Shown here: positions 1 to 12,480 of the stretch, piece after piece
Numbering within the stretch: position 1 is the first letter of the stretch
How the letters are laid out: each line of letters begins with the position of its first letter
DNA from: Octopus sinensis
Lineage: Eukaryota
Assembly: GCF_006345805.1 (NCBI RefSeq)
Contig: NC_043013.1
Location: 48,670,001-48,734,000 of the forward strand
Direction of reading: 5' to 3'
Length of the DNA stretch: 64,000 bases
Notes under the pieces: model-generated
What the model saw: only the letters and a program-made list of their open reading frames with translations
Database searches by the model: none
What the model was told of the DNA's origin: nothing
Made by a program: the position numbers and the translations under genes

Positions 1-140
1 GCATTAATTGCGAATTAATTTTTCCCGTGACTTATTAAATAGCTACAGTTTTCTTTTCTAATCAACATCTCGTTTTCAGACCTCATTTTTCACGTTGATT
101 TTCGATAGATGTCTTTACACTTTCTCTATTTATAGAGGCG

Positions 141-525
141 TGGAGGCGCAATGGCCCAGTGGTTAGGGCAGCGGACTCGCGGTCGTAGGATCGTGGTTTC
201 GATTCCCAGACCGGGTGTTGTGAGTGTTTATTGGGCGAAAACACCTAAAAGCTCCACGAGGCTCCGGCAGGGGATGGTGGTGATCCCTGCTGTACTCTTT
301 CACCACAACTTTCTCTCACTCTTACTTCCTGTTTCTGTTGTACCTGTATTTCAAGGGGCCGGCCTTGTCACTCTCTGTGTCACGCTGAATATCCCCGAGA
401 ACTACGTTAAGGGTACACGTGTCTTTGGAGTGTTCAGCCACTTACACGTTAATTTCACGAGCAAGCTGTTCCGTTGATTCGGATCAACCGGAACCCTCAT
501 CGTCGTAACCGACGGAGTGCTTCCA
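141..525 (+). mobile_element. tRNA-derived SINE, family A, tail type I
   Basis: Head with Pol III box A (TGGCCCAGTGG) and box B (GGTTTCGATTCC); near-identical full-length copy at 9572-9955 on the minus strand; ends in (TA)n. Confidence 0.9.
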
Positions 526-699
526 TATATATATATTATAGAGGCAAATAACAAGTATTTTACCCAATAGTTTGAACGCTCAAGTTATTGTAGATGTTTT
601 CACGAATGAAATTTAAGTATATACGCTATTTATAATGATAATGCAATGAAGCTGTAAGACTGTTACTTAACTGTTGAGAAAAGCAAGTTTAAAGTCAAA

Positions 700-2090
700 A
701 ACCTGCTATGTATCGAAAGTTAATCCTTTCATCTTCAAAGATGAGGAGCATAGTCTACGTAGAAGAAAAAGATCGAACAAGAATTGGCAGAAAGACTAAT
801 AAATCACCAGAAGGAAAGAAATTGCTGCTAGGATGAAAAAAGTTTTACTTCCTGGAAGGAAAGAATATTAAAGAGGATGAGAGGAGCTTACTTTAACGTT
901 TAAATGAAATGCGAATAAGTGAAAGAACGAGATTACCAGTCTTATGAAAAACCGCGTCAAGTAGTAAAGATGGATGAGTTCTTAACGAAAATCAATGTCG
1001 AGAATGTATAGCCTCACACATTGTACAACGACTGCTGCTGTAAAAATGCCTGGGGGTTAAGAATCAAGCAAAACAAAGAGACAACCACTCATAGTAGAAA
1101 TGGTGAACACCTGATCTTGGAAGAATAAATGCAATAATTGAAAAGAAGACAGCGAAGGGAAGGGGCAGAAACGAGTTCCATAGAAAGTACATTAGACAAA
1201 GAGGATTATAGGTAACTACAGAAGAAATAAGCGAAAAATTACGGTCATGTCACATAAAAAGAAGTCTAGATACTAACAAAGAATAAACCAGTATCAGCAT
1301 TCCTAGTTTTTCAGAAGTAAAGAAAGAAAATTTTATCAAGATTTGAACAATAAGAATGAACAACAGGAGAACGGTATGTCAAATGCTGCTAAACAGCGAT
1401 CATGGAAAGTAGAACAAAAAACGAGTCATTGGGAAGTGTGAGAGTACAGAGTGGTGTATTTCATAGAAACTCGCACGTTCTCTCCATTACTTTACGTTAT
1501 TGCGTTAATTAACCCTGACGAAAATACTGAGATAATCCAGCCCTGTCTTTGAGCTTGATATGACTTGTATAAATATATACAAGACTTCAAGCAAAACACC
1601 AAAATTAAAAAAAGGTCTCCGCTTCTCTTGTCCAAACAGTAAGGGTATTTAGCGACGATATTTGTAAGCAGTTTTGGAGAAATAAGTATGCAGTTTTAAT
1701 TATGAAGAGAGGCTGAAAATTAAATCTTTAGATCACTGAGAGACAATGAAGGATACAGTACCAGGGTGTGCTGCTGGAAATGGAAATAAAAATGAGTCTC
1801 CAAAGAGTACAAGAGAAAGATTAGGAAGGTGCTCGAAACAAAACTAAATAGAAGGAATTTTATCAAAGCAATGAATACATTGGCCATGCGATTATTGAGT
1901 TATTGTGCTTCTTTACCAATGTAGACAAAGCTACAGGAATTAGAAGAATTAGGAAGTTGTTCATAATCAAGCAAAGGATCCGGATATAATCGTAGAAGAC
2001 ACGAAAAAATGCAGGGGACAATCATAGACTTTCCAATTCCAAGTGATAATAGAGAGTGTGCCACAAAAATTAAGAAATATCAGGATGAAT
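700..2090 (+). mobile_element. Highly decayed R4/Dong-like non-LTR retrotransposon relic
   Basis: Broken-frame peptides resemble the element at 38.5-42.4 kb, e.g. KFYQDLN near 1330 and RKVLETKLNRRNFIKAMNTLAMRLLSYCA near 1830-1910. Confidence 0.6.
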
Positions 2091-2429
2091 AACTGCAAAA
2101 GTTTGATGAAGAAAACGCCACAAAATGTTGATGACCCTCATTACTTGGGTCAAGTTGCCCTCTTACACATTTCGCTTTCTGGCCTACTGGCGCATGCCTA
2201 GAACAGGCTCGTTTACACGAACGATATTTGCTACTTTCACTCACTTTTAAAGAATTTATTAATAAATAGAACTCACCTCTCTAACTTCACTGTTCTTTGC
2301 AAGTAAAACTTGAAAAAGTTGATGAGAGTTTAGTCGAAGAGGATGGTGTCTGTCTTTTGTACTTTCAGACTCTTCTACTAGACTACTTTTTTTTTTAGCA
2401 ATAGCTTACTGACAGAGGAAATCTACTCT

Positions 2430-3960
2430 TCACATTGAAAGAAAGGCGGCGTGGTGATCTTTACCATAGACTCGACTAACAGGCCAAGTTGCCCCACTTG
2501 CGACGAGTGTTCAACAAAATTCCACAAGCCAGTAGTCATCGGACACTGGCGTACAAAATAGTTTCGTTGTTCTGCACGTATCACTGACCGACCCAGCTAA
2601 CGACACTTCTGTCCTTGCAGAGTTTGTCTTCAATAATGCTTTCTCGTAGCAAGGTTTCTGGAAGCTGTCCACTTTTCCAGGGCCGAAAGGTTTTTGGAAT
2701 AAACGAGGTAGTCGATTCCTGGAGTTTCTCGAGAACAAAATCGCTCTTCCCTTCCACCAGCTCTTTATAGAATGCCAATATAGAAGAAGTTCCTCCGATC
2801 TCACTGTCCGACCTGTATAGGGCTGACAACATTCAAGATGCCAGGCGCATAAGTATTGTCTTAGCTTGGCCAAAGACTGCTGCTCTGAGAGGAAATGAGC
2901 TTGAAAAGACATGCTTCACTTAGAACGATTATACCTTCTTAACGTATAGAAATCTTTGTAGATGCCGCAGTCTGACTGCATGTCTGTAAAACAACGGCTA
3001 TAACTTACAGAACACAATGTTCAGAGGATGTTGACAGTCGATTGACTGAGTTGTGGAGCAGGTAACCTTCACAAGAAATGAAAGAGCAAATACTCCAACC
3101 TAATCAAGGTATAACGGTCAGGTGGTTGCATATTGGAGGTGACATATGCATTAGCTACCTTTGAATGACATTTCAAGGATAGCCTACCCTAAACCTATTT
3201 CTTGTTGAGAGTGTTACCCTGTTCGTAACCTTAGTCGCAGTTCTAATCCACCTGGAGATCCAGACTGAACCAAACCCCGAACAAATTAACATGACAATTT
3301 GTCCCGCGGATTTTCCTGGTACCCGATACTATTACAGTGACATTGTCCACATATGCGGGTCATTGATGTATGCGGGTTATTGAGGGTTACTATTTGAACA
3401 TAGCGTCCAAGTTCAAACAGGATGACCCTCAACAGCTTAAATTTCTGCATTAGGGGCTTGATAGTCAGTACATACAGAACGTATGAGGACGGATATCCTT
3501 GACGGTCTGAAACAGTCCCTGTATGTGGCCATTTATTCTGAGCACCAAATACTGTATATATTTAAGCGATCGAATTCTTGAAGAGGGGACCGAAACCGGG
3601 TGCTTGAGCCAGATGGCTATACCCAAAAACTTTAATTGATTCAATATAGCAGGAACGAAATTTGCCCGGGAACAAAATTTGCTTACGGGGGTGCAAACTC
3701 AGGTCCCTTTTTTTATAAACAAGGCCGATCTTTTCAATCTTAATAACAAAACAAACACAAATAAAATAATGAATTTCTATTATTATATATGGCAAAGTAA
3801 TGTTTCAATTCATTCCAAAAATTTTTCTATACTCGCTCGTTTTGGCGATGAAATTTTTCAAGAGGATGTCCAAAGTATTTTCATTGCACAAGATTTTATG
3901 TAGATGCATTATAGCACAGCGTGTCAGACAGTGTTTCGTCATTGTGGTATGGAGTTAGGT
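2430..3960 (-). mobile_element. Decayed L1/Tx1-clade LINE (RT C-terminal half and CCHC region)
   Basis: Minus-strand remnants RQGYPSSYVLYVLTIKPL (RT QGCPLSP motif region), GFGPLFKNSIA, RHAVRLRHLQRF and FGPGKVDSFQK; many stops and frameshifts. Confidence 0.65.
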
Positions 3961-4399
3961 CTTCAAACAGCGAAGTGTACTAAATATATTCTCGTTTGAT
4001 GCAACAGACACAGGCTTATAACATGGCGACGGCTCTTGATTGCGGAGTTTAATAGGTCCTCGGTTGTTTATAGAATTGAAGAGTGACTTCGAATGCTGAT
4101 CTTGTTGTTGTTGCTATTGTTTAGTCGTGGTAAGGGTGGTCGCAGTAGAACATGATGATAATAATGATGATGGGTCACTTGTGGTATTCCGAGGAAATGA
4201 GGAAGTGGATAGCTGAACTGTGAAGGGCCGTCGATTGGAAAGTTTAATAGTTCATCAACTGTGCTAGTATTGAAGAATGGCCGTGGTTTTCGCTGTTGTT
4301 ATATTGTTTTATATACACAGATAATACAGAAGTAACACCCTTATAATCGCTAAAATTTATTTAAATCTGAAATTATATCATACAAATTATTTATTAATT

Positions 4400-5395
4400 A
4401 TTATAACGTGAATATTTAATATTTAGTTGACATGTCCTTTACATTTTTCAATGCAAGGACCCCATAATGGATGCTCCTGATCAGATGAAAAATATTTTCT
4501 TGAAGAATCTTGCCAAGTTTCATGCAATAATCTCAAAAGATCTGGCTCTGAGGATGCTTTCTTGTTCTTTTTACGAGACGTTCTACAGGGTTCACATCTC
4601 GTGACTGGCTTTTTTAGCCATGGAAGCTTTTTAATGCCATTGTCTTCTAACCAATCGTGGGTCTTTTTAGCTGTGTTACAAGGGGCCCCTTCTTCCATAA
4701 AGAGAGTTTTCTTTAATCATTTTACCACTAGAGAAGATTGGAAGGAGTTCTTTCTGCAATATGGATTGATATCTAACTGAGTTTATGTTTCCCTCACACT
4801 CCACCAGCTCTGATCAAGCATTGCTCAAAATTGATCCCCAAACCATTAGAGAATAGCTGCCGTGTTTCATTGTAGGCTGCAATCTTTTCACGTCAAATTT
4901 TTGATCAGAGTCTCCAGACCCAAACTCGAGCGTTGTCAGGAAATACAGCAAATCTGGACTCATCAGAGAATATGCAGGTGTCCTCTCCACCATCTCACTG
5001 ACCCAATCTTTTCTCCGCTTGATATTGGCTGGTGGAAGAAATGGCTTGCATCTTGCTGTTCTGCCATAGTAGCCAAGTCTGTGGAGATACTTGACAGCTG
5101 TTGGTAGACTGGCATCAACTTGTTCTGCTATGTCAGAGGCCTTGCAACGAGAACTATCCTCTTAACGAATCCATGATTCTTGTCGGTGGGAGAGGGACTC
5201 TGGCCGACCTGAGCGAGTTGATGTGGACTTCTTCTCCCTCTCAGGTGAATTGCACAATCAATCTTTTAACTGTAGAAAGCGAGATCCCAAGGTTTTCTGC
5301 GATTTTACTCGAAGTCCACCTTCAAATTGACTCACAATATGGCCTCTTTGAAATTCGGACAGTTCCAAGGCATATAGAACCTGAAACATAAAAAT
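4400..5395 (-). mobile_element. Tc1-family transposase pseudogene
   Basis: Remnants ELSEFQRGHIV, YLHRLGYYGRTARCKPFL, FSDESRF and EEGAPCNTAKKTHDWLEDNGIKKLPW (Tc1 DDE region), frameshifted. Confidence 0.85.
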
Positions 5396-5466
5396 GTCAA
5401 TTAATAAAATGTATAAACCTTTTCAAATTAAAATAAATATTAAACGGTTCTATTTACTTCTGTCAC

Positions 5467-5497
<31 letters not shown>

Positions 5498-5611
5498 CAA
5501 AAAGCAATAAAGATTCAAGTTAATTTAAATGAATTTACTTGAATATGGTACCTAACTTAGATGCACCAAAAAAAACTATACTGTTTTAACAATACAGTAA
5601 TGTGGGGTGAT

Positions 5612-6237
5612 TATAAGCGAGAAAGAAGCAACAAGAATGGATAGGTTTTTAGTACAATCGTTTCATACAAGGACAGGCTTTATTAAAAGTTGCAAAAATT
5701 ACAGCATATAAACGTGTCCCGTACTCATCAGCTAAAATACATATGAGTTCTCTAGACATCCTAGTGGTTGAGGCTATACTCATGAAGTAATGTAGATAAT
5801 TAAGTAACATAAACAGATTTCCAAAGTTCATTAAAGTTCTTTAAAGATGATGTACAGTCTTATCACAGAATTTTAAAAAAGTTTTAATAGCATCACAGAG
5901 AAGGTGACCTAATCCATAGTGCACATATGAATTTCCAGAGATATGATGAGGGATTACATACTCACAGAAGACAAATTTATCCATTGTTAATCACAACGAG
6001 GTGGGTCTCAATTCCTGCTTATTAGCATTACAGAGAGGGTGAATTAATCCTTTGTATAGATACACAATTTCCAATAGTGTAGATGTAAATTTCCAGAGAA
6101 ATGAAGAGGAATTTCATATTCAAAGTACGGGACACGTTTATATGCTGTAATTTTTGCAACTTTTAATAAAGCCTGTCCTTGTATGAAACGATTGTACTAA
6201 AAACCTATCCATTCTTGTTGCTTCTTTCTCGCTTATA
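5612..6237. mobile_element. MITE-like element with 114-bp terminal inverted repeats
   Basis: 5612-5725 is the reverse complement of 6124-6237; both ends lie in TA; no ORF of note inside. Confidence 0.85.
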
Positions 6238-6243
6238 TATATA

Positions 6244-6284
<41 letters not shown>

Positions 6285-6718
6285 CTTATATAGTGGCGTT
6301 TTCAGACTTCTTTTTTATAAATATATACCCACTCGTATACGACCTACACTTATTATATATATATATATTTATTTATAATTTTGATTTTAATGTTGAGGTT
6401 CAGTAATATATCTTTCTAGGGATTTTACAGGTCAAGGGAAAGGTAAGTAGGGTGTACAATATTGAATTTTGTACTCCCATAAAATTTTACATGGTGCAAG
6501 TGCACCTACTGCATCTCCTGTTCCCGGGCCCTTAGATGCAAGGGCTTACAACTCTATGATGAGGAGGCACCTATGCGCTTATTTCACCTGCCAGAAACAG
6601 CTGCAAATCTCTCCTAGATGACGTTCTTACAAAGTGGGTGTGGTCATGGCTGGAACATATTTGATCATCGATTTACTGTAAAAAGTGATTCGATGCCAAG
6701 CATCATCATCCTCATGAA

Positions 6719-6733
6719 ATACTACTACTACTA

Positions 6734-6766
<33 letters not shown>

Positions 6767-6950
6767 GCTGCTGCTGCTACTGCTGCTGCTGCTCTACTAC
6801 TACTCCTCCTCCTCCTCCTCCCCTCCTCCTCCTCCTCCTACTACTACTACTCTACTACTACTACTACTGCTGCTGCTGCTACTACTACTGCTGTTGCTGC
6901 TGCTACTACTACTACTACTACTACAACAACTATTGTTGCTGCTGCTGCTG

Positions 6951-6984
<34 letters not shown>

Positions 6985-7004
6985 TGCTGCTACTGCTGCT
7001 GCTA

Positions 7005-7039
<35 letters not shown>

Positions 7040-7103
7040 ACTACTACTACTACTACTACTACTACTGCTACTACTACTACAACTGCTACAACTACTACTA
7101 CTT
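6719..7103. repeat. Compound (CTA/CTG/CTC)n trinucleotide microsatellite
   Basis: Direct reading; gives the poly-S and poly-L pseudo-ORFs. Confidence 0.95.
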
Positions 7104-7559
7104 TCCCTCAGATACACATAAAAAATATATATGTATACATGTATGCACCTATACATACACACACACACACATATATACACGCATGTCCACAGTTATGTTG
7201 CATTCAGTGTCAGTAAATCTATAACATTTCTACATTTCAGTTCTTTACTCTTGTTGACTTATTCAATGAAGACACGCTATCATCTGCAGTAAAAGTGCTC
7301 TACTAACTGGACACAGCAAATAGAAAATTGGATGTCTATTCTAATTTCGTCCATTTCACTCTATAATTGTGATATTTTGATATAAAATATCGATCTTTAC
7401 TGGTATTATTTTTTGCAATATTTACTTTAAAATGACATATTCTCCTTAATATTGTTTGACGATATATTTGTTTCGCAATTAAATTTCAATATATATTAAA
7501 ATTAAAATTAGAGTGTCAAATGTTCAAAAGAAAACATGTTCAACGTTGCTTAGTCTCAC

Positions 7560-7579
7560 GGATTGATATATATATATTG

Positions 7580-7638
<59 letters not shown>

Positions 7639-7816
7639 TATTGTTATATATTGGCCTGCTCGCTTAGCCAGCGGGGTGGCGTCATTCAAAGGCTAAAACA
7701 ATGCGAACGCATTGTGACCAGCGATATGTAACAAGATCTGATGGTCTGGTCGGTCACGGTGATTCACGGTGATATATATATATATATATGTATATATATT
7801 CACGGTGATTATATAT

Positions 7817-7855
<39 letters not shown>

Positions 7856-7863
7856 CTATATAT

Positions 7864-7917
<54 letters not shown>

Positions 7918-7945
7918 GTATATATATATATGTATATATAATTAC
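7560..7945. repeat. (TA)n microsatellite cluster containing a SINE tail
   Basis: Direct reading. Confidence 0.9.
7651..7790 (+). mobile_element. SINE family A tail type II, 5'-truncated
   Basis: Matches the 3' tails of the copies at 21158 and 31910 in reverse orientation. Confidence 0.85.
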
Positions 7946-8742
7946 ACATTTATGGCATTAAGTGGGAGGACCGCATCAGTGATCTTGAAATATTGGAAGG
8001 CTCTCGGTGCGAAAGTATAGAAGCTCTTGTGTTAAAGCAAAGGCTCAGATGGAGTGGTCATCTGGTCAGAATGAAGGATTCAAGGATGCCAAAACAACTC
8101 TTTTATGGAGAGTCAGCTAAAGAAGAACGACCTCCACATAAACCAAAAAAGAAAAAAAAAGTTATAAGGACTTGCTGAAGGTTTCCTTAAAAGATGCTTG
8201 CATCTCTCCTGACACATGGGAGGGCATAGCTATTAGTCGTAGCAGGTGGAAAGGATTGTGCACGAGGGGACAGCTACTTTTGAGAAATCTCGAGTTGCAC
8301 ATGAGAAAGTAAGGAGAGATGTCAGGAAGGGCATCGCTGTTACACTTCTAGATGGGAAGGGTCTTTCTATGATGCTGACATGCAGTGTCTGTGCAAGAGC
8401 CTGCCTCAGTAAAGCTGGACTCAAGAGTCATCTTCGTAGTCATAAAGCGAGACAGATGAGTGACAACCTGGCCACTGGTGGTGGTGTTACACACCATACT
8501 AATCATATCAGTCAGGCATGTGGAAGAGAGTGTAATTCGGCAGGAGAACTTAAACGACATGCAAAGGTACATGAAGCCCTGTTACAACTACAGCCGGCTA
8601 TTACCGGTAATGGTTTTAGTTGTCAATTCTGTACAAGACATTGTAGATCTTTAGCTGGGCTAAAAAGACACATTCGATCACAGCACCAATAACAGTTAAG
8701 CTTCGTGCAATGGCCATACCCGATAACGAGGGGGCAACCATC
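7945..8742 (+). mobile_element. 5'-truncated RTE-clade LINE 3' end with three C2H2-type zinc fingers
   Basis: QRLRWSGHLVRMKDSRMPKQLFYGE (RTE RT C-terminus); CSVCARACLSKAGLKSHLRSH, ACGRECNSAGELKRHAKVH and [22 protein letters not shown]; short 3' UTR ending in (CAT)/(CTAT) repeats. Confidence 0.85.
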
Positions 8743-9150
<408 letters not shown>

Positions 9151-9487
9151 TTATTGAACACGCATACACAATGTATGTGCTTTACTAGTACGTCGGTCGG
9201 CTGCGATTTGAAGCGCGTGAAATTACCCTCCCAAAGAACCGGGTATTATAACACCTGAAAGTGATATACATAGACAAGCAAGACAACTCACCCCTAATCT
9301 CATTCATGAGCGATGGACGTCGATGTTTCACCATTTTTGTGACTTATTAACATCATGCGCCTGAACCGAACAGGGAGGCAAATTGCTTAGCCTGTCTATG
9401 ACTATATTTAAAATTGAAATGCTATTAACAGTGCAAATATGCTTGATGGACGTTCGAACTGGGGAATAAGCTACTCACTGCATTTTG

Positions 9488-9523
<36 letters not shown>

Positions 9524-9571
9524 TTATATATATGCATATATATATATACATGCATACATACATGGATGGGA

Positions 9572-9955
9572 TGGAAGCACTCCGTCGGTTCCGACGACGA
9601 GTGTTCCGGTTGATCCGAATCAACGGTACAGCCTGCTCGTGAAATTAACGTGTAAGTGGCTGAGCACTCTACAGACACGGGTACCCTTAACGTAGTTCTC
9701 GGGGATATTCAGCGTGACACAGAGAGTGACAAGGCCGGCCCCTTGAAATATAGGTACAACAGAAACAGGAAGTAAGAGTGACAGAAAGTTGTGGTGAAAG
9801 AGTACAGCAGGGATCACCACCATCCCCTGCCGGAGCCTCGTGGAGCTTTAGGTGTTTTCGCTCAATAAACACTCACAACGCCCGGTCTGGGAATCGAAAC
9901 CGCGATCCTATGACCGCGAGTCCGCTGCCCTAACCACTGGGCCATTGTGCATCCA
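9572..9955 (-). mobile_element. SINE family A, tail type I
   Basis: Reverse complement of 141-525 at high identity. Confidence 0.9.
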
Positions 9956-10065
9956 TACATACATATACATACATAATACATACACATACCGCGTTGTTGT
10001 GTTTTTCTTTGTTCATGTTTGGATTAACTATACATACATACATACATACATACATACATACATAA

Positions 10066-10101
<36 letters not shown>

Positions 10102-10164
10102 TGTGTGGACTGTTGGCGATTTTTTGCCTCCTTCCTTTTCTTTTGGACCTTCTAATGTCTCCTG

Positions 10165-10345
10165 ATTGTGCCGGACGAAATGCTTAGCGGTATTTCCTTC
10201 GCCTTCACATTCTGAGTGTATATTCTGTCGAGGTTGACTTTACTTTTCACTTTTCGGGGTGGATAAGATAAGCACCACGTGATTAGTGGGATCGGTGTAA
10301 TCGGCTAACCCCCGAAATTCCTGGCCTTATGTCAACAGTTGAATT
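10165..10345 (+). mobile_element. SINE family C, degraded
   Basis: GAAATGCTTAGCGGTATTT and GAGGTTGACTTT..TTTTCGGGG core shared with other family C copies. Confidence 0.7.
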
Positions 10346-10463
10346 CAATATTCGGCTGAAGTAACAGAGTGACTCAAAGCTTGAGAGTTTCGTGCGTTAG
10401 CACTTATCGGACTAAGTGCTAACCCACGTAGCTCACAGACCTTGAATCACTTTGTTACTTCTG

Positions 10464-10520
<57 letters not shown>

Positions 10521-11859
10521 TATTTAAACTTACTTGGAAATGGATGCGTGGCGTTCAGTTAAATAATGAATAGTAAATGATATATATATATGTACGTGTG
10601 TGTGTATATAAATATACATGCACGCACATGAACAACGAGAAAAAATGGAAAATAGGACAAGTATAACAGAGAGAAAGAACCCTTCATCAGCCGTTGGCTG
10701 TCTATCTACTTCCCACTTCGAGCATTTAACGACAATATGAGTCATCAAGGGCAGTTGCTTCCATAAATTCTAAAATAAAATTTAGAATTTATGGAGGGTC
10801 AAAGTTGGGAATAAAAGTATGACGGTGGAGACATACAAGGAAACCGAACTAAAACAAACATGAATGGGCGTTAGACCAGAACGAGAGGAAAACAGTGAAC
10901 GCTGTAAGAAACATTTTTCCGTGCAGAAAAAGAAAGATGGTCACGAGAGGAAAAGAAAGATGGACGATGGTCATGTGCGAGCAACGAGAGAGAAAGCGAG
11001 AGAGAGAGATAGTGAGAGAGAAAGAAAATAACACTTTTCTGTTTTATAAGTTTTTTTCCTACTTTAAGGAAGTTTACTATTAAGCTTCATGGTTACATGA
11101 CAAATATTTATTTGAATTTGTCTTTAATCTTCAGTGGTAACATGATATACCAGTTTACTTCCGAATTGTTGGGAAGGAGTATTCTTATTGGATGACTCTA
11201 TCTGCAACATAATTTCTTTAGGATAATCGAGTCGATACTATTTATTGAAATGCCTAAATTCTATTTATGTATACACGCGACTACTGTAGTTTGCCATAAT
11301 TTAAATTACACCGATTGCACACTAAAAACATTTATTATATATATATATACTCATGTTTTGAGTTACATGGTTCATGTTTGCATCGCCAAACCCACACACA
11401 CATATATATATATAGATATATATATATATGTACATGTTGCACACACACACATACACACTTACACACACACACATACACAGACATACACACCCACACACAC
11501 ACATACACACACACACACACTCACACACACACACACTCGCACACTCGCACACACACACACGCAATTATATATTTGTGCATAGTATTACTAACAAAGTAAT
11601 AAAACGAATAAAAAAAAATATTCTGATCGAATCGTAAAATTTGGAACATATACTTCTGCAAGATATAGCTTAGTATTGCTTTTTTTTGGCAAGACACTTA
11701 GAATAATGGAATAATAATCAATGTTAACGTTATAGTCTTGATTCTCAGACAGAGCGGCTCATTGTGTTCTTGAAGCGAACGCTTCTTTTCGCGTTCCTTC
11801 AGTCCACTCAGCTGAAAATTAAAGGCAGCGACGGCTGGAGGTTAGATTTAGAACGGAAC

Positions 11860-11912
<53 letters not shown>

Positions 11913-12025
11913 ACACACACACACACGCACACATAACCCCGCCCATACATGTATATGTATACATATGACTACTGTATTTTTCCATGATATTTAAATTACA
12001 GCAATTACTCACTAAAATAATTTAA

Positions 12026-12290
12026 TCTCTATATATAAAGATGAGAATGTGCGTCTGTGTGTCTGTGTGAATCCCTAAAACTTGAGAACTACGCAACCAA
12101 TTTCATTCAAATTTTACACATGCCTTACTTAGGGTCCATGTAGTGTCATAGGCCAAAACAATTTTTAACTTCTTGCCTAGTGCGAACCCAGAGCAATATC
12201 ATATCGTCTCCACTATTTCAGTATTACGTGTTAAAAGTGAAACAAAAACATCTCTCTATACTGAAACTATTAAAGTGAAGCTATTATCTC
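12026..12290 (+). mobile_element. Probable non-autonomous Helitron 5' segment
   Basis: A|TC start followed by TATATATAAAG and a (GTCT/GTGT) tract, as typical of Helitron/HINE-type 5' ends; no Rep/Hel coding sequence seen. Confidence 0.45.
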
Positions 12291-12328
12291 ACACATATAC
12301 AGGCATACATAATACATACATACATACA

Positions 12329-12359
<31 letters not shown>

Positions 12360-12480
12360 GATATATATATATATATTATGTGTATATATATATATATGTA
12401 TACATCTGCACAAATGTATATACATAAATGTATATATATATATAATATACATGTATGTATATATATATATATATATATAA

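Noticed and set aside
141-215. tRNA gene calls for SINE heads
   Set aside because: Box A and B are present but the acceptor and anticodon stems do not close, and each head continues into a multi-copy SINE body.
10670-10700. Minus-strand CTGATGAAGG motif
   Set aside because: No matching stem II partner plus GAAAC downstream within a plausible distance.
9290-11820. Possible minus-strand mini-exons (MVKHRRPSLMNEIRG|GTGAGT near 9300; TTTTCAG acceptor near 11810)
   Set aside because: Splice-like signals only; no recognisable protein and no consistent frame linking them.
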